NCBI RefSeq assembly: GCF_001194135.2
Contig: NC_068982.1
Coordinates: forward strand, 160,786,787 to 160,837,899
DNA: 51,113 nucleotides
Direction: 5' to 3'
Origin: Octopus bimaculoides
Taxonomy: Eukaryota
The number at the start of each line of letters is the position of its first letter. Position 1 is the first letter of the stretch. The translations under genes and the position numbers were made by a program. Below are positions 10,754 through 23,449 of this stretch, piece by piece. The notes under the pieces were generated by a model that saw nothing but the letters and a program-made list of their open reading frames with translations, did no database searches and was not told the DNA's origin.

Positions 10754-11934
10754 CTGAAACGAAACGGGGGAGCCTCCTCCTCCTCATGGGCTGATTAATG
10801 ATACATCGAGTGATGGTGTCACAATAAAACACTGGTAATTGCGCAAACTGATAACCGCTACCTCATACGAGTGACAATGAAAAAACAAAATATTGTGAAT
10901 AACGGTGGTAATGAAACTGAAGCCAACGATGGTGACGGTGTTGCACCCGGTAGGCTCAGAGATTCTGGTCCGGCTCCAGCCTGTCGATATCCAGAAAGGG
11001 ACCACCACGTACGGCGTAGATGAAGCAAGCAAATTAATGCTGTGGTCATGGAGTGTTACTACTTGAGCAGCCCGGTAGATGAAAATGGTGCTCAAATTAG
11101 GGGTTACCGACAACATATGTATGATCATTGGAGAGAAAAGGGATTGTTTCAATTTAGGGAACAGAGACTATGTGATCAAGCTCGAGCAATAAGAAAAACA
11201 TTATTCTATAAGAAATAGAGAAAGTAAAATTTCAACAATGGTTAAGAAGCTCAGGACTCAAAGCAAAGACTGAATGATTTTTAATTGTAATACAAGATCA
11301 AAGCTTTTCCACCAGAAATCACCAAAAACTCTTAATGAAAACAATACTTGTAACTGCAGAATATGTGGTGATAGAAAAGAATTAATAAATCATATTGTCT
11401 CTGGCTACCCAGAGTTAGGACCTATGTACACTGGAAGCTATGCCAGCACTATGGAATGACAAAAGAGAAAAGTTGGTATATGCACATCCCAGAAAATGCT
11501 TAAAAAAAAAAGAGAAAAAGATCATACTCTTTGATATGTCAATACACACAAATAGAGAAATATAGTTATCAGAGATCACCAAGAATAATGCTTTCTAACT
11601 GATGTATCAATACCAACAGATGACAATGTATCTCTAAAAGAAATGGAGAAATTCTTAAAATACAAAGATCTGGAAATAGAGATAACTCGAATGTGGAGCC
11701 TAAAAACAGAAACAATTTCTATAATAGTAGGTGCATTATGTATGATAAAAGAAACATTCAGACAAATACATACCCAAACCACCAGGACTTAGAAATGTAT
11801 ACAACATAAAGAAAATAGCACTACTAGGCACCGTGCACATCCTACGTAAAGCAATTTTAATACAGTGAAAATAAGAGCACCACAACAAACCACAGCACAC
11901 ACCCAAGGCACACGTGATAGAAATAGGACTATTG
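10753..11934 (+). mobile_element. R4/Dong-like non-LTR retrotransposon copy A: 5' end fused to zinc-knuckle/RLE 3' end, RT domain absent
   Basis: ATG at 10877: MKKQNIV...HHVRRR*SKQINAVVMECYYLSSPVDENGAQIRGYRQHMYDHWREKGLFQFREQRLCDQARAIRK (typical R4/Dong N-terminus). From 11212: QQWLRSSGLKAKTE*FLIVIQDQ..CRICGDRKELINHIVSG; YVHWKLCQHYG; IVIRDHQE..CFLTDVSIPTDDNVSLKEMEKFLKYKDLEIEITRMW..IIVGAL..IALLGTVHILRKAILIQ* (stop 11866-11868). Flanked by AAT repeats on both sides. Confidence 0.88.
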
Positions 11935-12464
11935 AATAATAATAAGAAGAAGAAATTACCACTTCTTGTACTTTGTATTATGTTTGTGTGTGTGTTTGAG
12001 TCTGTGAGTCGTCTATGCAGTCATTGCTGGTTTACCTCTGTTTATTTGTTAATTCACTTCTCTTCAGGTGTCAGGCTCAAAATATGACAGCTATTATATT
12101 GCTGCAACTGCTAGGATATTGGTATCTATCATTTATGCTTTACAACTGAGTTCTAAATATTCCATTCCATGTTTTCCCTCTATTTATACGTGAATGCCTT
12201 ATACTTTGTTATTTTAGTCATATTTAAGTATTCGTCTGTCTGTCATTAGTCGAAGTGATGTCTCTGTTTTAAAATCTGATATGATATTTAATAACTGTTA
12301 TTAGAGAATATTATTAGAACATTTTCTGATTGCTCAACAATTTCTTTCCAATGCATCCGCGAAATGTATGTAACATGGTTTTTATAAAAGAAACGTTACC
12401 TCGAGACCCCTGCAAGGTGTCCGTTCGAATGTTACTATCTGGTTGACATGAATCTTTATTAGAA

Positions 12465-12530
12465 GACACTTTCCCAGGGTGCTACCAGTGAGATTGAACC
12501 TGAAACCACAGAGTCGCGAAGCTAACCCCA
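12465..12530 (-). mobile_element. SINE family 2 5' fragment
   Basis: Resembles 42850-42940: AGAAGACACTTTCCCAGGGTGC…TGAACC…CCA. Confidence 0.5.
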
Positions 12531-12570
12531 CAGAAAAGCTAAGATTATAGGTACTATTTTGTTCCTTTCT

Positions 12571-12734
12571 TCTTTTCTACAAGGTCCGAAATGTTGAGGG
12601 GCCAGTCGATTAGATCGACCCCAGTAAAAGGGAAAGTCGACCTCAGCGGAATTTGAACTCAGAACGAAAAGACAAACGAAATACCGTTAAGCATTTCGTT
12701 CGACGTGCTAACGTTTTTGCCAGCTCGCTGCCTT
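12571..12734 (-). mobile_element. tRNA-derived SINE, family 1, core partly deleted
   Basis: Head AAGGCAGCGAGCTGGCAAAAACGTTAGCACG and B-box GAGTTCAAATTCCG are present. About 35-40 nt of the TAAATTAAGTACCAG core is missing. Confidence 0.85.
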
Positions 12735-13309
12735 AATTGTGCAAAATATTCCGATAAAAGGTATCTTTTTCACCAGAACAAAACACACACACAGAGGCGT
12801 CTCTGTAGTAAGTTGAGCTACTACAAATAGCAGCCAAATCTCTCTTAAAACACAGAATGTCATCAAAAGAAAGACACAGATTTTCAGCATTTCGGGAAAA
12901 CAACTATGCATTGAACCTGATACATTAGAGGCAACTCTGGGCTAAACAAAACACAGACAAACATACTTCACATTAAAAGATTATCTACTAAATAATACTA
13001 ATAAAGTTGACAGTATTTCATCGAAGTTTCATTCCCTGGTAAAACTCCATGTGCTTTCAGATTATTCTGACAGAGCTGCCGCCTTTAGCTTAAGACCTGA
13101 AAATTGTGCGACCCGACCTCATTTTCGAGATTACTTCTGTAATATAAAATAGTTATTGTGCGAAAAACATACATTATTTGGTAGCCGAAAGATTACTGAA
13201 TTTTTTGATACCTTATACGTCAAAATCGGCAACTCAGTTTTCGAATCCATAAGGAACATATGCACGCACACACACACACACACACACACAAATTCTGTTA
13301 TATAATATA

Positions 13310-13343
<34 letters not shown>

Positions 13344-15249
13344 AGTTCAAATACACGAATAACAAAATTAACAAAACGGACAACAAGAGGACTTGCACAA
13401 AGAATGTATTAGTTTGACGCTCAGTAAAAAGAGAGAAGTTTTGATGTTTTGAGCATAGCTCTTTGTCGAAAAGGAGAATGGGAAATGTCCAGAAAAAAGT
13501 AGAAGAAATCGAGAAATCGCCATGAGCACGAGTGTAGTTACATCGCTGAAGTAATTCGACACAAACCACTATAACTTAGTAACAATGAATGGAATTTATG
13601 ACTTTGTTGTCTCTCGGGAGAGTCATTATGATCTTTATTATATTCTTTATCCTGTTAGTGGTTCTCCCTTAAAACAGATTAATAATAGCAGCTGGTACCT
13701 ATTTTTTAGAAGTTAGACATAGAATCAATGAAATAATACGTATTTTTTTAACACCAAGTCATTCTTGGTCAAGAAGGGCCATAATCAAAAGTGCTCCAGC
13801 CGTGGCCATCCATTCTCTTTATTTCATGAATTTTTAAAGATTGTGGAACTATTTCACTGTAGTAACGAGTGAGGCGAAGAAACATGGAGACGGTAAATGT
13901 ATTTGAAATGACAATTTTTTTTTCTTGGAATAAACAAAATTTTTAAATATTTAAAATTTAAAAGATGTTCACTTTATCTTTTTCCGCGTTAATGTATTTA
14001 CCATTCACTAAAAGACACAATAGATTCTTTAACTTTATGAAACGAAACAATTAAAAGGCTGATGATATGCGGAAAGATATCACGCTTCTCAAAATAACCG
14101 TGTTTTTTTTTTTTCAAATCACCGTTATTTTTCTCTTCAGTAAACAGTAAAGCAAGCGAGAAACAATCACAATATTTTTGTTGTATTTTGCTTCTCAGAC
14201 AGTAAAGAATATAATATAAGAAAACTTATTTTCTTTTCGTATTGCAATTATTGTATCAACACAGCCAAGACGAGAAATTGAAGCTATGAATAGAATATAA
14301 ATTACAAAATGCAAACGGTCGAAATAACATTGCAATAATTAAATATAAGTAAACAGTGTATTTTTATCATAATTACTCAAGTCTATAAAAAAATTAAGGA
14401 ATGTTATATTAAGCAAACTTTTTGAAAAACAATGAATCCTCTCTGAAAATATCTACAGCAATTTAGCGGAAACTTACATCTTCATATGGAGAAATAGAAA
14501 ATATTTATTAAGCGAGACGATATTTATGTTTGTCATATACGTTTGTAAAGATATTTAAGTCAGTCAACATATTAAGGTTTCTCAATATATTTACATAGAA
14601 CAGTATGATTAGTACGTTAAATAGGTCGGTCAGGTTTTCCCCATAAAAGGTTAACTTTATTTAAATGTAAAGTTATTGCTAACACGATAATAATATTGTA
14701 ACGTAAAAATTGTTTCTTTTCATAAATTAGACCGGTAAGGAGTTGTAACACCCATGACTCACAGGACCCCTCAGATTGGGAGATTTGGTCACAAAATTTG
14801 CAATATAATGAAAGACACGCGAATATAGGCAGTCCCAAGCATCTATGTAACCAGAGACTTGTGTGGGTTCATCCTGTTGGTACTCGATCCACTATGATTA
14901 TAGACAAAATTCCTTCAAAGTTCTCTTAGAGAAAGAAAGACTGATTGAGATAATATAATCCAAAACGCATTGTGTTTCAATATTTAGTCAGATAGAATTA
15001 ATAATTGATGAAAGTCTAAGACTTAAACACATATTTAAAATTTAGTGAAAAAATTTTCTGACTATGGCGAGACATAAGGGAGGATAGAAAAGTGAATGTA
15101 TAAGAAAACTGTAAGATATCTAGGCATGGGCAGATGGAGATAGGAAGGAAAATTAGAGAGGTGAAAAGAAATAGATAAAAAATTCGCTAAGATAATAGTG
15201 TCTCAATAAATATATAGTAAATTGATTTTTACAAAAAATAAGACCCATG

Positions 15250-15805
15250 ATCTTGACACCAAATTAAGAAAGGCTTTAAATTAAAAAATCGTATCAAAGA
15301 TAGAGAAATTGTATGCTTCCCGACTGACACATCTGATAGAATGTCTGTTGACAACTTATTAAACTATATTTCGAACATGCAACTATACATCAGAGACATG
15401 GTAGAGACAACTGCACTCGAATACACTGAAAATGAAAAAGTCCTTAATGCTCACATAGGGATGTGGGGTATCGTTCTCCAGTCTGAGAAACGTACAGTGA
15501 ACAATTTTATAACCACCAACAATGACATCCCACCCCTATATGGCCTTCGAAAACATCATAAAAGCTACACAGATCATCTACTTGGGCTAACCCCCCCCCC
15601 CCCGTTTGTGGTGCCAACAATGCTAACAACCACAAAATATCATATTATCTCTCACAATTCCTACGACCCTTAATAGAGTTATCTACAGATGTATGTGATA
15701 GTACTGAAGACGTCCTTAGCAGGATCCGGGAATGTAACAAGAAATGCGACCTGTGACCACATCGTAGGTAGCATGGATGTGGTATCCCTATATCCTTCCA
15801 TTGTA
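15250..15805 (+). mobile_element. Penelope-like element (PLE) reverse transcriptase N-terminal fragment, decayed
   Basis: LKNRIKDREIVCFPTDTSDRMSVD (cf. the TDKSG motif), DIPPLYGLRKHHK (cf. LYGL.K.HK), PVCGANNA..KISYYLSQFLRPLI..VCDSTEDVLSRI, HIVGSMDVVSLYPSI (cf. S.DV.SLY.SI). Frameshifted, and truncated at a microsatellite. Confidence 0.85.
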
Positions 15806-15863
15806 TAGTCTTGTACGAATGCATACGCATGTACATATGTGCATACGCACATACATGCACACA

Positions 15864-15894
<31 letters not shown>

Positions 15895-16078
15895 CGTGAA
15901 CTAACTGTTACTTACTCACATGCAGCACGGAATTTTGTCCGTGAACAGGTCACGGTTTCAAAGCGACGAAAATATTTTGACAAATTAAATTTAATTAAAA
16001 TTAAATGTTGAAGTGAATCGAACGGTTTTTGCGTGTATTTAAATGGCTCATAAACACTTTCCACGCTGCAATTGTTTT

Positions 16079-16115
<37 letters not shown>

Positions 16116-17573
16116 CTTTTTTTTTTTCGTTATCGGATAAAGAACTCGAAACTTTTGAATCATTTACAATTAACTATATTTAAGAAGGGAGCCGCTGATT
16201 TCCTTGTGCTATCAATATATACGGCTTTGTCATTTCTTCTTCATATGACCTTCCTTCCCTTATTTAACCCTCGCATAAACGTGAATGCCCTTACCCTTCT
16301 TGAAAGTTCCCGCTTTACTCTCTTCGTTTAGTTACTTTGTTATGATATTTATATACAGTCATAATACTCATTCATTAATATACATTTTCTCTATTATTGT
16401 ATTGTAACGGTTATATCCATTAATAACCCAATTAATTTTTATTTATATTCCTATATTTTCTCGTTGCTGATCCATCTATTCGCTGTATTCGGAGTTTCTT
16501 TCCTTTCTCTTCTTTTGTGTCTCTATCCCTTTTTCTCCTTACCTGTTTTCTTGTATACTTAGTTGTCTCATAGTTTTCTAACTCTATCGATATTATTTCT
16601 GCCATTATAACTAAATATTGTGTCAGCCATAATAATTTAGTTAAATATATATCATAATTATCCAAGCATTGTAATCTCAGTGCTTAAAGGCATCGTTTAG
16701 ACATAATTATTCACTACCCATATATACTGGCGATTTATATTAAAGTTCAAAGTCGTATCTGAAACGGTAACGAGTAACTCGTATTAATAGCGCCGTATAA
16801 TCTTAGTTTTAATTCTTATTACATTAGTAGTAAGAAACTCTAGAGAGAGCTTCGTAACGGAAGGCTTTCTGAGAAGAAGCCCCTATCATGCAAGTCTTTC
16901 AAGTTTAAAATTTCTTCAGTTCATATGACTTTATTCTTGATGGTGATGTAGAGCTACTAATGTACTGAACAATTTTATTCTTTAATCAAGAAAGGTATTT
17001 CTGCGTCATAATTTCATGGGGGTGGACACACATGATCTAGAAAAGACTAAAAAACTTCTTGTCGCATATCTACAAACGTTATATGTAATAATTTCTTTCG
17101 CTTTATTGTATATTTATTTCTTTATATATTTGCCCTTTGTCATCGATCTTCTATAAGACTGAAGCTACATTAGTCAATTAGCCATTTCTACCTGCGAAGC
17201 CCAAGACGTAAACAAGCAGTAATATGTTGCGCGAAACAGAGTTTATTCTAACGAGATACCTCTTGAAAATCACTTGTGGAGACACATCTGTCACGAGGGA
17301 TGCAGCTCAACCAGTTGTACAGTATCCCACCCGCGAGGGATCGATGCTAGATGGATCGAAACGATTGTAGTGACCAATAAAAATTCTCGTATGTTCCATC
17401 TTCCGTCTCTCTCGTTAATTACATACTCAATGATCTCTGGAGAATTCCTGAGCTAAATCCAGCGACTTATATAATAATACAGCAGATTGCATCAGTTAAC
17501 CATAAGCAGTGAAGGTGCTTTACCGGCAAACTACCAGGAGTATACCATATGCTTAATTAAGTCCTATGTATAT

Positions 17574-17620
<47 letters not shown>

Positions 17621-19577
17621 GCGCACACATATTTAAATAATGTGTGTGTACATAAAACCTATTATGTGTGTGTGCGTGTGTATACATGTGTGTGTGCGTG
17701 TGTATACATGTGTGTGTGTGAGAGAGAGAGAGAGAGTGAGTTGTCAGACCTATGTATACTTACGTATACATAGCGAGTGACTTTGAATGGACTTGTAAAT
17801 ATGTAACTATATAGCTTGATACATAAATACCTAAATAAATAATGTACCCGTACTTAAAAGCGTTGTAAAGCATTAAGATGTCTTTACAAGATAAACATTA
17901 TCCACGCCTTGATATATCGTGTATTCATGATACAAGAATATGGTGTCTTTTGAAAAGAACAATCTACGAAATTAGAAATGGGAGAAAGCGAGAGAAAACA
18001 CTGAGATGATAAAATACCAAGCAACATCACTACGATATTATTTGTTGCTTACAAATAAAACACTCGATAAGGACATTTTCAAACAAAACAAAAAAAAAAC
18101 AGAATGATGAAATCCCTGCAAAACAAAGAGAAAAAAATTGCAAAAAGACATAATTTTAAAATTTGTCTGCTGGAAATGATGAGTATCTTTTACAAACCGG
18201 CTATAAATTTCCAGCCCTCTCAAGATTAAACGATGCAAAGAGGAAATTATAGCGACTCTGAAAACGTGATGGCAAGATAAAATAGTTTTAGAATTCTCAG
18301 GAAAAGAAGAATTGATGTTAATATCCAAACAAAAAACAATAATCAGTATGAAGAAGAAATAACCATTCCTTACAAATGAATATGAAAGCAATTGTTAGAT
18401 TTCTTCATAGATAATTTTAAATATTATTTCTCAATCGAGTTCACAATAACTGTATTGTACAATTTACGTTTAAAGTTAGTTAGAGTGAAATATTACTTCA
18501 GAAAACTACTTAATTTGATTTTTCCACCATTTATTTATACGAAATTTTGAAGAAAAAAAATGTAACTATTAAAACAAATGTAAGGAAAAGGATTTTGTGA
18601 AAATAATATGTTAAACTACAATGTAGATTTACATATGGCAAAATTGTAAATCATATTATTTTAGTTTTAACGATGACTACTTTACCTCAATGCGTACAGT
18701 AGATAATACACTGTTTAGCAATGAAGAGTTGGTTCAAGATATCCACCACAGCATTAATATTAGTTTCTCAATTGCAATGTTACTGACATCATCAACTTCA
18801 ACACAAGAAATGGAATAGCCATAACGGGAAGACATACGAGGGCCATTGCAGTTCATGAGAATGTTTTATATTACTCCGTTTCTAATTGAACAAATAGTTA
18901 ATATACAAATATGTAAAGACAATATGCATTCAGTGATAAATCACAGAAACTTTCATACACTTGCATTATCAAACTCTCCAAATTATGAAATGTAATAAAG
19001 AGAAATAGAGCTGACTTCGAAATTATTGAATATATTATCATCGTACACTACCTTCAGTATTCTCCCAATTTAACACTAAATCTATTTTTATATTGTTTTA
19101 CTGGATTCGGTCATTAAAAAGCAGTCAACTGGGGGAAACTATTATGGCTGCATTCGATCATATCATCCAAAGTTCTAATGTCAATCAAGCATCTATTGTT
19201 ACCTTGAGTTTTTCACACAAGTAGAACAAAGGTGAATTTAAGGGTGGTGTAAATATAGAGACATAAACACTGGGGCAAGACTTAGCAAAAGCCTTTTACC
19301 AAGTATTTCTCCTGATGAAGGAAGCTGGTCTTATGATGATATCTGCATGCGACCATTTACTGGTGCATATCCATGACTTTTTGCACGTTCCAGATGCTAA
19401 TAATCAATATTAAGAATATTACATAATTCCGAGCTCCCAGAAATAACTTCCGAGTTAGAAGTCTATGTATTCTCTCTTTAGTACGCAGTATTTTATGCTC
19501 TATGTAAATTTATTTGAGTACAGACACACACACACACACACATACACACACATACATACATATATATATAAATATAT

Positions 19578-20179
19578 NNNNNNNNNNNNNNNNNNNNNNN
19601 NNNNNNNNNNNNNNNNNNNNNNNNNNNNNNNNNNNNNNNNNNNNNNNNNNNNNNNNNNNNNNNNNNNNNNNNNNNNNNNNNNNNNNNNNNNNNNNNNNNN
19701 NNNNNNNNNNNNNNNNNNNNNNNNNNNNNNNNNNNNNNNNNNNNNNNNNNNNNNNNNNNNNNNNNNNNNNNNNNNNNNNNNNNNNNNNNNNNNNNNNNNN
19801 NNNNNNNNNNNNNNNNNNNNNNNNNNNNNNNNNNNNNNNNNNNNNNNNNNNNNNNNNNNNNNNNNNNNNNNNNNNNNNNNNNNNNNNNNNNNNNNNNNNN
19901 NNNNNNNNNNNNNNNNNNNNNNNNNNNNNNNNNNNNNNNNNNNNNNNNNNNNNNNNNNNNNNNNNNNNNNNNNNNNNNNNNNNNNNNNNNNNNNNNNNNN
20001 NNNNNNNNNNNNNNNNNNNNNNNNNNNNNNNNNNNNNNNNNNNNNNNNNNNNNNNNNNNNNNNNNNNNNNNNNNNNNNNNNNNNNNNNNNNNNNNNNNNN
20101 NNNNNNNNNNNNNNNNNNNNNNNNNNNNNNNNNNNNNNNNNNNNNNNNNNNNNNNNNNNNNNNNNNNNNNNNNNNNNNN
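19578..20179. other. Assembly gap (N-run) bounded by (TA)n. Other gaps at ~5719, 6748, 27174-27937, 30394, 34017, 36556-36960, 39418, 40290-40786, 44011, 45171-45967 and 47674
   Basis: N-runs are seen directly. Most start or end inside (TA)n arrays. Confidence 0.98.
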
Positions 20180-20215
<36 letters not shown>

Positions 20216-21214
20216 TATATGTGTATGTATCTATGTATCTATGTATGTATATATGCATAATATAAATTTAAATGAATACAAATAAGAGAAGCTGAAATAC
20301 CAGTTCTTAGTACTTAGCAGCTATCACAATCTTTCGAATCGATAGCAACAGCGCAGGAGATATAATAATATGTCAGAGTGAAAAAAACCTTTCGATGAAA
20401 AAATTTAGAATAAGATATCAACTATTCCATGCAAATTTTAAAATAGAGGAAAGAAAGAAAAAATTCCTTGTCGAAGTAATGATAAAATATAGTGAATGTC
20501 CATTAGGCCCAAAAAATGATGCAGATGATAATTTCGTTTCAGCATGGGTTATTAACCTAAACAGATTCTTTTGAAATATTTTTTTTAAAAATACATAACG
20601 AAATAATATTTCTTCTAATGTTATTGTTCCTACAAAACATGCAAGTTATTGATTCAGATAACAATTTAAAACGACATTTAGAACACAATTTTGATATAAC
20701 ATTTAAAATTATGCAAATAGCGATGAAAATAATTTGGGTTCGCCTGCCTCATATGAAAATCTGCATTAAAACAACAAAAATGGTGTGTTGTCTGTGAAGT
20801 TTAGGTGAAAAATACTACAATTATTGGGTTTATTGTGTCTCTGAATATCGGGTATTTCGAATCATTTTGCCCGCAACCTAAAACGATAATACATAGCAAT
20901 ATCCTCGAAGACTTTCTTGCCTTACTATGTCATTACAATTCTGTTTGCGACAGTAAGCCCACTGCTCCAAGATAACAAAATTGCACTTAATTTGTTCTAG
21001 TGTGTTACACAATATCATTATCATTGATGTGGGACCGATTACTTGACAAACGTTGTTGACTCTGATAACCCAACTGCAACGAGCCAAATGTAACAGTTAT
21101 TCAGAGAATAAAATGCGCTGTAGGAAATGACAGTTATCAACCGTTTTAATTATTCTTGTAAGAAATTATACATAATTTTTAATGGCCAAGAAATAATATA
21201 TCCTGCAATAAACT

Positions 21215-21420
21215 GCAGATAGTCGAAGTGGCGGGTAAAATTCTTAACAGCATTTCGTCCATCTGTACATTCTGAGTTCAAATTCTGCCGTAGACAACTT
21301 TATCTTTCATCTTTTACGGGTCGATAAAATAAATACTAGTTGAGCACAGGGGTTAGATGTAATTGACTTGCCCCTATCTCGAAATTACTGGCCTTGCGCT
21401 AAAATTTGAAATCATTATTA
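21215..21420 (+). mobile_element. tRNA-derived SINE, family 1 (AAATTTGAAATCATT tail), diverged
   Basis: GAGTTCAAATTCTGCC B-box and core CTTTCATCTTTTACGGGTCGATAAAATAAATACTAG. Confidence 0.8.
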
Positions 21421-21500
21421 AGTACCAGTTGAAGAGTGGGGTCGAGGAAATCGACCAGTTCTTCTCCACAAAATTCTAGGCCTTGTCCCTATAGTAAACA
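21417..21500 (+). mobile_element. 5'-truncated SINE family 1 copy (CCTATAGTA tail) abutting the previous SINE's tail
   Basis: TTAAGTACCAGTTGAAGAGTGGGGTCGAGG…GGCCTTGTCCCTATAGTA matches the 3' half of 4278-4493. Confidence 0.7.
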
Positions 21501-22471
21501 ATTATCATTGTTATTAAAGATAGCAGAACAATGCTATTATCAAAGGTGTTCTAACAAGGACTATCTCAACGATCAGTCCATTATACATCCAATAATACGT
21601 TGAAAATATGTACTTCCTATCTTTAAGACGATAGTGTTCCTTTGAGGGAACCTTTTTAAGTGCTAATTCTAACATCTTGAGCAGTGACGTGGTGATTCTG
21701 AGTCACTCAACCAAATCAAGAGTGAATAACGTGTCACTGGAGTGTAACAATTACGTGACAAAGACGATTCAGACAGTCTGTAATATCTCAACTGTAACGA
21801 GCCAAGCAGGAAGCATCACACTCGGCGTCACAGAAATAATAACGAAATATACTCAGATTGCATCCTCCCTTCTCAACATTGGGAGAGTTAATTAATTAAT
21901 GCAATCCTATATGTATTGTATAAAACAAAAATAAAGAACTAGACGGCTGCTGCTCAAACATTAAAACATCTCTGATAATCGCTCTACTCAACAAGAGTTA
22001 ATCTGGATTTAAACAAGAACAAAAACCGGAACGAAAATGATCCAATGGAGGGCATCTTTCTGGGAATGCTCAAAATGCTAGATTATATAGAACACACACA
22101 CACACGCACACACACACACGCGCACACACACACACACACAGAGAAACATTGCAGTATGACTACAGTTCTTTTTCATCCTTTTAATGTAGAACTTGAAATA
22201 TATATCTTGTTCTATTCATACACAGAAAGATAAAAGAGATTTCCTATGTTTTACGGTTATTTCAGTACTCAGCAGAGGTAAACCCATCCCCTCAATTCTT
22301 CTGAGTAGCTGCCTGGAACCGTTATTACCTTCAAGTGTGTGTTGATTTAAATAGCAAACACATACATACACAAACCCACATACTTCACAAAAAGCTATGT
22401 AAAGACATTTATGAAAACAAAACTAACGTACTCACACACGCAAACCCATCTTGACAGTTACACAAACACAG

Positions 22472-22510
<39 letters not shown>

Positions 22511-23449
22511 ATACTGAACCAAACTACGATCATACACATTCACACAACAGACACTCAACGCAATACGTACAACTTTATTGTCGCACATGTATGTCTTACG
22601 CATAAATATACACGTATAACGAATAATTTAGAATTAACACAAAATCTTTAAGAAAACACAAACACACTCATAGGTTTAAATTGAATACATATTCACACAA
22701 TAAACACGCTTACACACGTGTGTCTATATACAATCTTAAACATTTGACCTACAGTTACGTTGTGTGACCTCATTATTTTCCCACTTTTACCGTCTTTCCA
22801 AGGAAGCTTAATGTATCGTAATGCAATAACGTTCTTTTTTTTACCTTGTATGTTTTTGTCTTGTTACTATATCATTCTTTTTCTTAGTTAAGTATGAAAC
22901 ATCAAAGACAACTTTATTTCCCTTTCCTGATCGTCAACCTAACGACTATACTTGCTTTTCACTTTGTTTTTAGTGTTCATCAGTCCCAGATCTACGACTC
23001 CAGACACACACACACTCACACTCACACATGTATGTATGTATGTATGTATGTATGTATGTATGTATGTATGTATGTATGTAGGCTGCTAATATTCAACGCA
23101 GAGTTTGAATAATGTAAATAAGAGACAGGGGACTAAGCAAACAAAATACACTAGAAAGTACGTATATGAACGTTTAAATCGATAACAAGTTTCGGCTGTA
23201 TTTCGATTGCTAATTCAGTGACATCCAGTGAGGAAACAGAGTTGTCCGTTTCTTTTATATTCATAGTTTGGCTTGCCCATGTTGTTAGAATCGAGGTAGC
23301 TGTTGTGGCCGACTAGTGAATGAATCGTACAAACAAATATGAAACCTGCTTTACGCATACAACTGATGTACAGGATTCAAGGGATATTTGGGAATGCTTA
23401 ATCATCAGTGTATTAAGCTCTTGAAACTTCTTACAAATCCCCATTGGCA

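Noticed and set aside
10753-10876. Possible HDV-like ribozyme in the Dong 5' UTR (GCC-TCCTC…-GGC resembles P3/L3)
   Set aside because: I could not find a complementary P1, the GG of P1.1 or a matching P2. The segment is also absent from copy B. A descriptor search would be needed to revisit this.
18831-18870. TACGAGGG start resembling a mariner TIR
   Set aside because: No partner TIR or transposase remnant was recognised downstream.
19465-20265. Long ORFs in the supplied track (also 27009-28071, 36395-37049, 40172-40867, 45082-46212)
   Set aside because: They consist of X residues from N-gaps plus YIYI/HTHT/CVCV translations of microsatellites and are not genes.
23165-23225. Minus-strand CTGAATT…GCC-GAAAC-TT-GTT hammerhead-like motif
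   Set aside because: The core CUGANGA is not matched and there is no stem I.
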